Origin: a virus
Taxonomy: Duplodnaviria; Heunggongvirae; Uroviricota; Caudoviricetes
Length of the DNA stretch: 64,000 nucleotides
Direction: 5' to 3' (one strand)
Virus record (IMG/VR): IMGVR_UViG_3300027608_000011
Notes under the pieces: generated by a model
Told to the model about the DNA's origin: nothing
The model's database searches: none
The model's input: the letters and a program-made list of their open reading frames with translations, nothing else
Shown: piece by piece, positions 57,281 to 64,000 of the stretch
Position numbering within the stretch: the stretch's first letter is position 1
Layout of the letters: each line of letters begins with the position of its first letter
Translations under genes and position numbers: made by a program

Positions 57281-58177
57281 ATGAATAGAATATTAGTAAC
57301 TACTGGTAACGGTAATTTTGAAGAACAGGAATATAATAGGCCTTTTTTAAAAGAAAACGAAATCTGTGTTCAAAGTGTATTGACCGGTGTTTGCCGTAGT
57401 GACATAGATATGATGGTAGGAGAGTTTGGACCATTACCGTTGCATATGAGTGGTCATGAAGGGCTAGGAGTTGTTGTTGGGATTGGTGAAGATATTAAGA
57501 ATGTAGAGTTTGGAGATTATGTGGCCACACGCGGTGAGCCTGCGTATGCTGACCTTTACAATGTAAGACAAAACGAATATGTAAAAGTACCCAATGCTAG
57601 TCCAAAATATATACTAGAGCCAGTGGCTTGTGGTATTAACATTGTTACTCAGTCAATAAGAGAGATTGCAGAACGTAGTGGTCCAAATAAAAAATTATTA
57701 ATCATTAGCAGTGGATTTTTAGCTTGGGTTGCATATAACACTATTAAACTGAATCATATTGACATTGAAATTGATGTATTAGGTTCAAATAACGAAGAGC
57801 TGTGGGCAGGTCGACTTCTATTAGGCACCAGCGAAAGTTATGACGTAGTTATAGACTTGACAGGAAAATATGAACTAGGTACCGAGATCAACCTAAATAA
57901 CAATGCCGTAATTGTAGACGGAGTTGGTAAGGCAGTAAGTAAACCGGAAGCACAAGCACAACTTTGGAAGGCTGTTACTACTATTAAACCAAGTCCACGT
58001 ACTGATAAGTTTTATCAATGTATGGTGGATGCAGAATACTGGATAACAAACGGTGACATTGTTGTTGACACGTTCTGGTCTAAATGTTATAATAGACAGA
58101 CAGAGTGGCAACAGGCTTTTACTGACGGACTAACTCGACCAGCTGGATATTCCAGAGGTTATATTAAATGGGATTAA
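57281..58177 (+). CDS. Zn-dependent alcohol/polyol dehydrogenase (MDR family)
   Basis: GVCRSD, GHEGLG and LEP; the structural-Zn lobe is absent. Confidence 0.8.
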   Translation: MNRILVTTGNGNFEEQEYNRPFLKENEICVQSVLTGVCRSDIDMMVGEFGPLPLHMSGHEGLGVVVGIGEDIKNVEFGDYVATRGEPAYADLYNVRQNEYVKVPNASPKYILEPVACGINIVTQSIREIAERSGPNKKLLIISSGFLAWVAYNTIKLNHIDIEIDVLGSNNEELWAGRLLLGTSESYDVVIDLTGKYELGTEINLNNNAVIVDGVGKAVSKPEAQAQLWKAVTTIKPSPRTDKFYQCMVDAEYWITNGDIVVDTFWSKCYNRQTEWQQAFTDGLTRPAGYSRGYIKWD

Positions 58178-58178
58178 A

Positions 58179-58700
58179 ATGCTAGAACTGGATACACAGG
58201 GTCGTAAGCAAGTAATTTACTTTATTGGCACCGAAGTAGAAAATACCGCAATGAAAGGCGAAAAAACTTTATTTGTTGTGGGTATTCAGCCTGTAGAAGA
58301 AATTGTCGACCATGCAACTAATAATAAACTTAGACATTTGTATTTTGGTACAAGTCAAAGTTTTCAACCAAAAAGCCATGACGATTGGCGCAACTGGAAT
58401 TCAATGATTACTCCGTTACTGGAAAAAGGTTATTGGGTTACTTTAGACTTTGGAGTAGAATATGCTAATGATATTCACGAGGAAGGATGGACCGATTTTA
58501 ATACGTTTATCCCTATGATTAGCGTTAAGTTGCCTTATATAAGATTATATAACTATAACACTACTCTTAAAATTGATGATACTACATGGGGACATAGTAA
58601 TCCTGGTGTATGGTGTCATCCGTTAAACACACTATTAGAAAGGAATGTATATACCGATTGGAAAGATTATATCGGTGATACACCTATTAAAGATGACTGA
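58179..58700 (+). CDS. Hypothetical protein in the deazaguanine cluster
   Basis: 173-aa alpha/beta ORF directly before the QueD-like gene. Confidence 0.6.
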   Translation: MLELDTQGRKQVIYFIGTEVENTAMKGEKTLFVVGIQPVEEIVDHATNNKLRHLYFGTSQSFQPKSHDDWRNWNSMITPLLEKGYWVTLDFGVEYANDIHEEGWTDFNTFIPMISVKLPYIRLYNYNTTLKIDDTTWGHSNPGVWCHPLNTLLERNVYTDWKDYIGDTPIKDD

Positions 58701-58842
58701 ACAAGACGCAGAACAATGGATGAAACAAGTATTAAATGTACTTGAAGAAATTAATTTTAAGTTAATGGTACTTAATAAAAATTTATTAGCCGAACCTAAG
58801 AAAGAGGAAGAAAATGCAAATGCAACAGTGGATTTACGTTAA
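58693..58842 (+). CDS. Small hypothetical protein
   Basis: MTEQDAEQWMKQ..., overlapping both neighbours. Confidence 0.4.
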   Translation: MTEQDAEQWMKQVLNVLEEINFKLMVLNKNLLAEPKKEEENANATVDLR

Positions 58843-59191
58843 GTTTCAAAAAGAAGGAATGCACAAGTATCCTGCGGCCGCAACAGACCCTAACTTGGCT
58901 ACAGGTGACGAATACGATGTTAGCTTCCTTGCTAACCCTCATCGTCATATTTTCCATTTCAGGGTGTACATTGCTGTTACTCACGATGACAGGGACATCG
59001 AGTTTATCCAATTCAAAAGATGGCTCGAAAAACTCTACTCAGGTGGAACCCTTGAGTTCAATTACAAATCCTGCGAAATGATGGCAGACGATTTGTACAA
59101 ACAAATTTCAACAAAATATCCCGGGCGCAGTGTCCGTTTAGATATCTCAGAGGATGATGAAAATGGCGCATACATTGAATACAACAACTAA
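58814..59191 (+). CDS. queD: QueD/6-pyruvoyl-tetrahydropterin-synthase-like T-fold protein
   Basis: H..., PHRHIFH Zn-His cluster, SCEMMA and SEDDE. Confidence 0.7.
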   Translation: MQMQQWIYVKFQKEGMHKYPAAATDPNLATGDEYDVSFLANPHRHIFHFRVYIAVTHDDRDIEFIQFKRWLEKLYSGGTLEFNYKSCEMMADDLYKQISTKYPGRSVRLDISEDDENGAYIEYNN

Positions 59192-59588
59192 TACAGTACA
59201 CTACAATCGCGATAATCGCGATTACAATCGTAGTGACAATCGTGACAAGTATGGTAACAGTCCGATGAACAAACCACAAATTAGTATGGATAATATTAAG
59301 TACGACCTACTTAAAATTGCAGAACCATACGATGGTATTATGTACGAAGGCAGTGGTTATCTTGTAGTGGATTTGTTCCACGCTTATTTGACTGACCTAC
59401 AACGAGATCGATTGATCTACGGATATGATTTGCCAGAAGAGCAGTACAAAGAAAATTCTGTTACATTTGATGCTTTAATTCAGTTAACAGAAGATCGTAG
59501 TCCTAAGAAACTAAAGATCCACGTTGGTGTTTATAAAAGTGCGTGGAACAAGCCGCACGTAGCAGTTCCTGCTTCATGGAAAAGATAA
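59154..59588 (+). CDS. Hypothetical protein with N-terminal NRD repeats
   Basis: NRDNRDYNRSDNRD; start uncertain. Confidence 0.5.
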   Translation: MMKMAHTLNTTTNTVHYNRDNRDYNRSDNRDKYGNSPMNKPQISMDNIKYDLLKIAEPYDGIMYEGSGYLVVDLFHAYLTDLQRDRLIYGYDLPEEQYKENSVTFDALIQLTEDRSPKKLKIHVGVYKSAWNKPHVAVPASWKR

Positions 59589-60662
59589 ATGGCAAATGTA
59601 TTTCTAATTGATTTAGAACCTGTCGAGACCAGGTACACGGGACAGTGGAAGTCTCATGTACCTGAACTCCTACGAAAGGCTGGCCACAATGTTCAAGTTA
59701 TCTCTGGTCCTGAAGACATTCCTAGTGCCACTACTCCTGGCGCCTTTCTTAATTTTGGCGGGACTAATATATATAAGTCTAGTCAAGTTGAATGGATGGG
59801 TCGTTTATTTTGTAGCGGATCCGTTCATCCTGGCGACCACTTTATTTTTACTGACGCTTGGCATCCAGGCATTATAAACTTAAAGTACATGAGCGAACTA
59901 TTAAACGTTCCTGTAACAATACATGGCTTGTGGCATGCTGGTAGTTATGATCCCCAAGACTTCTTAGGACGACTTATCGGCGATGCCAAATGGGTCAGAC
60001 ACGCAGAGTGTAGTTTCTTTGATGCTATTAACCATAATTACTTTGCCACAGACTTTCATATACAATTATGGAGTGATTGCTTTTTACATCCAGATGCAAA
60101 GAAATCATTAATGATGTCTAAGAAAATTGTAAAGACTGGCTGGCCAATGGAGTATCTTAAAGATACACTAGTACCATATAGCAACTTAGAAAAAGAAAAC
60201 ATCATTTTGTTTCCGCATCGTATTGCTCCTGAAAAGCAACTTGATATCTTTAGAGACTTGGCTCAAGCATTACCAGAATATAAATTTGTTATTGCACAAG
60301 ATCAACAATTATCTAAACATGAATATCATACATTGTTAGGTAAAAGTAAAATTGTGTTTAGTGCTAACTTGCAAGAAACATTAGGTATTAGTTGCTTTGA
60401 AGCATTGTGTGTTAATGCATTTCCATTAGTTCCCAATAGACTTAGTTATACAGAAATGTACCCGAGTGTATTTAAATATGATTCAAGATGGACACAGAGC
60501 TTTGATAGTTACTTACAATTTAAAGATAGGTTAGTTGAGCATATACGTACTATAATGACAGAGATGGACGGAGCCTTGCATTTTGAGAAAATAATTCAAA
60601 CTCGAGAACTTATCCATCATAACTTTTTTAGTGCAACAAACTTGCTGGAAAATATTAAATGA
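59589..60662 (+). CDS. GT-B (GT4-like) glycosyltransferase
   Basis: FPHRIAPEKQ and QETLGISCFEA (Ex7E) motifs. Confidence 0.8.
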   Translation: MANVFLIDLEPVETRYTGQWKSHVPELLRKAGHNVQVISGPEDIPSATTPGAFLNFGGTNIYKSSQVEWMGRLFCSGSVHPGDHFIFTDAWHPGIINLKYMSELLNVPVTIHGLWHAGSYDPQDFLGRLIGDAKWVRHAECSFFDAINHNYFATDFHIQLWSDCFLHPDAKKSLMMSKKIVKTGWPMEYLKDTLVPYSNLEKENIILFPHRIAPEKQLDIFRDLAQALPEYKFVIAQDQQLSKHEYHTLLGKSKIVFSANLQETLGISCFEALCVNAFPLVPNRLSYTEMYPSVFKYDSRWTQSFDSYLQFKDRLVEHIRTIMTEMDGALHFEKIIQTRELIHHNFFSATNLLENIK

Positions 60663-61117
60663 TCTTTAGCAAAGTACGAGAACTTAAAGACAAAAAGCTA
60701 AAAATAGGAATTACTTTTAGCCAATTTGATTTGCTTCATGCTGGCCATATCGCAATGCTTGCCGAAGCCAAAAATCATTGTGACTATTTAATTGCAGGAT
60801 TACAAAATAATGCTAAATGGGATCGTCCTCAAAAGAACGAACCTGTTCAAAGTATAGTTGAAAGACAAATCCAATTAGCGGCTGTTCGATATGTGGACGA
60901 AATTGTTGTGTATAATACTGAACAAGACCTTGTAGACCTATTGCTTATTTTACCTATTGATGTTAGAATACTAGGTATAGAGTACGCTAATGGTGGATTC
61001 AGTGGTTCTGAAGAATGTGCAAGCCGCGGCATTGAAATTGTTTTCAACGAAAGAAGTCACAGTTTTAGTTCTAGCAATTTACGCAAAAGAGTAATCGAAG
61101 CAGAAGCTACAAAGTAA
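60659..61117 (+). CDS. TagD-like HIGH-family cytidylyltransferase
   Basis: TFSQFDLLHAGH, LIAGL, VRYVDE, G.EY and SSS.LR. Confidence 0.85.
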   Translation: MIFSKVRELKDKKLKIGITFSQFDLLHAGHIAMLAEAKNHCDYLIAGLQNNAKWDRPQKNEPVQSIVERQIQLAAVRYVDEIVVYNTEQDLVDLLLILPIDVRILGIEYANGGFSGSEECASRGIEIVFNERSHSFSSSNLRKRVIEAEATK

Positions 61118-61183
61118 TAAATATCTTTGCTACACAAAGGTAGCAAATTCTAAAAATAAATCCGCGTAAGGAAGGATATCAAT

Positions 61184-61864
61184 ATGTCATATAATAAAAC
61201 AAAAACTGATCCAGAGCTAGGTCAAGCAGTACACCAGCACTTAGTTAAAATGGGGGTAGAGACACCTACGTTTCAACATGTCCTGGATCGTAAAGATAAA
61301 ATAGAGTTAATTGAAAAAGACTTTAAACATATCATGGAAGTGCTGGGCTTAGACCTCACCGATGATAGTCTGATGGATACACCAAAGCGTGTAGCCAAGA
61401 TGTATGTTAACGAAATCTTTTGGGGTCTTGACTATGAAGCATTTCCAAAGTGTACTACTGTAGATAACAAAATGAAATATGATGAAATGGTCATTGAGCG
61501 CAATGTCAATGTACAAAGTAATTGTGAACATCATTTTGTTGTAATTGATGGGGTTGCATGTGTTGCATATATTCCAAATCAAAAGGTACTGGGATTATCT
61601 AAAATTAATCGTATTGTCGAATACTTTGCCAAGCGACCACAAATTCAAGAAAGATTAACTGAACAAATTTATCATGCGTTGAGTTTTATTCTTGAAACTG
61701 ACAATGTGGCTGTGGTTATTGATGCACAACATTATTGTGTTAAAAGTCGCGGAGTAGAGGATGTTGGTTCTAGTACTGTTACTAGTAAACTAGGCGGCTG
61801 TTTTAAAAATGAACCTGCTGTACGCAATGAGTTCATGAACATTGTTAATAATTGTAAGCGGTAA
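61184..61864 (+). CDS. folE: GTP cyclohydrolase I
   Basis: DTPKRVAKMY, SNCEHH, GLSK..R, RPQIQERLT and HYCV..RG. Confidence 0.96.
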   Translation: MSYNKTKTDPELGQAVHQHLVKMGVETPTFQHVLDRKDKIELIEKDFKHIMEVLGLDLTDDSLMDTPKRVAKMYVNEIFWGLDYEAFPKCTTVDNKMKYDEMVIERNVNVQSNCEHHFVVIDGVACVAYIPNQKVLGLSKINRIVEYFAKRPQIQERLTEQIYHALSFILETDNVAVVIDAQHYCVKSRGVEDVGSSTVTSKLGGCFKNEPAVRNEFMNIVNNCKR

Positions 61865-61866
61865 TT

Positions 61867-62397
61867 ATGTCAGATTCAATTGACGACTTGAAACCCATCG
61901 AGTTTGACTGGAAGGATGACGACATTTATATATCTACGTCATCGGACGATTGCTATACTATTACTCTTGACTCCGGATCAATACCTCCGTTAACTGCATA
62001 TGACTTACAAAATATGAGTATGTCAGGTTCCGTTAGTCCAGGCTATGGTGCAGTACCTCCTAGTAATATTACTATAAATTCGGCATCTGCACATTCCATG
62101 TCTAATACAAATACTATATACAGTGTAGGGGCGGGTAGCACTTATACCATGGGAAGTGTTGGTATTTCATCGCCAGTTCTTAGTTCAAACGAAACTAAAT
62201 TAGAAATTAACTGCAATGAAGGTGATATTATTTTTAATACCAAGAAGAACAAAGTGGTATGGGACACGTTTGTTGATGATGTCAATATGATTAAACGAAT
62301 GTTCATGACAATGAGCAATAATGAAGACTTAATGAAAAAGTATCCAGAGATACGAGATATGTTAGCCGAATGGATGTTAAGAGAGTTGAAAAAATGA
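61867..62397 (+). CDS. Hypothetical S/T-rich protein
   Basis: 176-aa ORF. Confidence 0.55.
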   Translation: MSDSIDDLKPIEFDWKDDDIYISTSSDDCYTITLDSGSIPPLTAYDLQNMSMSGSVSPGYGAVPPSNITINSASAHSMSNTNTIYSVGAGSTYTMGSVGISSPVLSSNETKLEINCNEGDIIFNTKKNKVVWDTFVDDVNMIKRMFMTMSNNEDLMKKYPEIRDMLAEWMLRELKK

Positions 62398-62555
62398 ATA
62401 AATTTATTAATATAACCGGTATTATTTTAGTTATTTGCCTAGCTGTGGTGACCTGGGATAACTGGGGGAATGAGCTGGGTAGTGTATATATGTTAGCTAC
62501 CTTTGGTTGGCTGATTGCTATAATAGAACGTTTAGACCCACGACGAGTATCATGA
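62394..62555 (+). CDS. Small two-TM membrane protein
   Basis: MNKFINITGIILVICL...; ATGA overlaps. Confidence 0.5.
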   Translation: MNKFINITGIILVICLAVVTWDNWGNELGSVYMLATFGWLIAIIERLDPRRVS

Positions 62556-63103
62556 AAAAATTACTAATTAATAATCGACAGTTGAAAGGTCTAGTTACTG
62601 ACCTTGCCAGACAAATTGTTGCAGATGAGTGGAAGCCAGATTATATCATAGGTATAAGTCGAGGCGGTCTTACTCCTGCAATTATGCTAAGTCATTGGTT
62701 TGATATTCCAATGAAGCCGTTGCAAGTTAGTTTACGTGACGGCGGAGAATGTGTAAGTGATCTCAGTTCAGCTGAAGATGCATTTGGATATATTACACAA
62801 CTGGAAATTCCAGTGCCGCCGAATCTGGTACGTTCGGATCCTGCCTTACGTAAAAATATCCTTATTGTCGACGACATCAATGACAGTGGCGCAACATTCA
62901 ATTGGATTAAAGAAGATTGGCGCAGTGGTTGTTTACCCGATGATCCAGCGTGGGATCAAATTTGGGGATACAATGTTCGTACTGCGGTACTAGTAAATAA
63001 TCTGGGCAGTGAATTTTCAGATATTGATTATCATGGAATGGAAATTAATAAGAACGAAAACGATCAATGGATCGTATTCCCTTGGGAAGATTGGTGGCTG
63101 TAA
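62552..63103 (+). CDS. Type I phosphoribosyltransferase (xanthine/hypoxanthine PRT-like)
   Basis: IIGISRGG, LIVDDINDSGAT PRPP loop and WIVFPWE. Confidence 0.88.
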   Translation: MKKLLINNRQLKGLVTDLARQIVADEWKPDYIIGISRGGLTPAIMLSHWFDIPMKPLQVSLRDGGECVSDLSSAEDAFGYITQLEIPVPPNLVRSDPALRKNILIVDDINDSGATFNWIKEDWRSGCLPDDPAWDQIWGYNVRTAVLVNNLGSEFSDIDYHGMEINKNENDQWIVFPWEDWWL

Positions 63104-63501
63104 TGCGTCATGAAGATAAAATCTTTGGCCATATTCCCAACGATAAAGAAGATAGTAGTGCCCCATGGGATGATTTATATAAGGAAGATTTCCACGTAGC
63201 AGTTTATAAAGATAAGTATCCTGTATCACTTGGCCATTTACTCTTTGTGCCTAAATATAATTCCATTGGAATATTAACGCAGGCCTTTGAAGATGCAGTA
63301 AGAACTGGCATAGGAATGGTAAAATCTGGGAAAATCGATGGTTTCAACATTGGACTTAATTATGGCAAAACTGCGGGTCAGACTGTGGACTGGCCTCATG
63401 TACACCTCATACCGCGCTTCGAGGGCGATGTCAAAGATCCAATCGGTGGCGTCAGAGGAGTCATTCCAGGCAAGGCTAATTATAGAAAGACAGAAAAATG
63501 A
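63103..63501 (+). CDS. HIT-family nucleotide hydrolase
   Basis: YPVSLGHLLFVPK, GFNIGLN.G..AGQTV and HVHLIPR. Confidence 0.88.
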   Translation: MRHEDKIFGHIPNDKEDSSAPWDDLYKEDFHVAVYKDKYPVSLGHLLFVPKYNSIGILTQAFEDAVRTGIGMVKSGKIDGFNIGLNYGKTAGQTVDWPHVHLIPRFEGDVKDPIGGVRGVIPGKANYRKTEK

Positions 63502-63734
63502 AAAACGAAAATTTTAACTTAAACACACGACAAGTTACTGTAACAGAAACTCCGTCATTTAAAATGAGCATTAAAGTAAATGACATGCTTCGTCCATCCG
63601 ACACTAAAGCAGTATATTGGGTACGAGAAGAATTTGATAAAGACGGCAATCAAATCAATGAAAGCGTCTACGAGTTCTTTTTGAATCCAGAAGAAATGAA
63701 CACAGTATCAAAATTCTTTACAAATATCAATTGA
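63498..63734 (+). CDS. Hypothetical protein
   Basis: 78-aa ORF with an ATGA overlap. Confidence 0.55.
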   Translation: MKNENFNLNTRQVTVTETPSFKMSIKVNDMLRPSDTKAVYWVREEFDKDGNQINESVYEFFLNPEEMNTVSKFFTNIN

Positions 63735-63759
63735 CATTGCAACGTAATAATTGTATAAT
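63731..63759 (+). promoter_or_regulatory. sigma70-type promoter
   Basis: Perfect TTGACA-17 nt-TATAAT. Confidence 0.8.
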
Positions 63760-63764
63760 GTGAT

Positions 63765-64000
63765 ATGGACTTACCTATTGACGTTAATTTAAGCAGAGAC
63801 ATAGAAAATTGCGAATGGATTCGTAACAAAATCCGTAGCGATGAAAAATATGCACAAAATGTATACTCTGCCTTGTGTAATATAGTATGGTACAAAATGG
63901 AATTTCTTCCAACACTTAAAGGTGATAACGAATGGACTTGCACATGGAGATGGGCAGGTGGATTTGTATCTGCCATTAGAAAAGGTATTGGCGGTGGAGA
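63765..64000 (+). CDS. Hypothetical protein, 3'-truncated (not in ORF track)
   Basis: MDLPIDVNLSRDIENCEWIRNKIRSDEKYAQNVYSALCN...WTCTWRWAGGFVSAIRKG runs off the window. Confidence 0.65.
   Translation, partial: MDLPIDVNLSRDIENCEWIRNKIRSDEKYAQNVYSALCNIVWYKMEFLPTLKGDNEWTCTWRWAGGFVSAIRKGIGGG

Noticed and set aside
59196-59240. NRD/caatcg short repeats as a regulatory iteron array
   Set aside because: They are short and imperfect, and read as a low-complexity peptide within an ORF.
220-63976. Numerous minus-strand and nested alternative-frame ORFs in the track (e.g. 12520..13074, 42274..42834, 53166..53522)
   Set aside because: They are shadows of strongly supported plus-strand genes, with no motifs or RBS/promoter support. 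Only phoH and 15816..17542 are convincing minus-strand genes.
1-64000. Stop-codon reassignment as in some large phages
   Set aside because: Conserved genes are full length under code 11, and TAA, TGA and TAG all terminate ORFs at sensible points (e.g. TAG at 6727 and 34004).
1-64000. tRNA or rRNA genes
   Set aside because: No cloverleaf with a T-loop GTTCRA and acceptor stem was found; the intergenic spaces are short. gtttcgaacccc at about 33656 does not fold as a tRNA.

Overview
An AT-rich, gene-dense 64-kb segment of a large tailed dsDNA phage with T4-like replication and transcription logic. It carries a gp43-like PolB, a gp45-like clamp, a gp44-like clamp loader, a DsbA-like protein, sigma70-type promoters and TAAATA late-promoter boxes. 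Spanins point to a Gram-negative host; the phasin-like, ClpA, IF-1 and Dps genes weakly suggest a proteobacterium. The genetic code is standard, and I saw no CRISPR array, tRNA, intein or mobile element. Left to right: tail-tip genes with an AsnB-like amidoligase; clamp loader, PhoH, IF-1, spanins, DnaJ and ClpA; a second AsnB-like locus and a tail-fibre-like gene; UvsE, MaoC-like and phasin-like genes; a late block (about 22.3-40 kb) of probable capsid-internal proteins; seven tandem radical SAM/twitch enzymes; a lysozyme; PolB and clamp; then a TGT/DpdA-FolE-QueD cluster with sugar/polyol enzymes. Four observations stand out. (1) A conserved ~21-nt repeat encoding (E/Q)QGVAE(G) separates swappable enzyme modules (ParB-like, GNAT, GP88-like Fe-S, zincin-like) inside probable head polyproteins that share an N-terminal M[RK]xx[ED][LF] targeting motif. 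(2) The deazaguanine cluster may make an undescribed glycosyl- or polyol-hypermodified base. (3) A 9.1-kb array of seven radical SAM enzymes has no known substrate. (4) GCWGC appears absent from the whole window. There is also an orphan structured RNA candidate at about 34.0 kb. All family calls come from motif recognition by eye, not from database searches.
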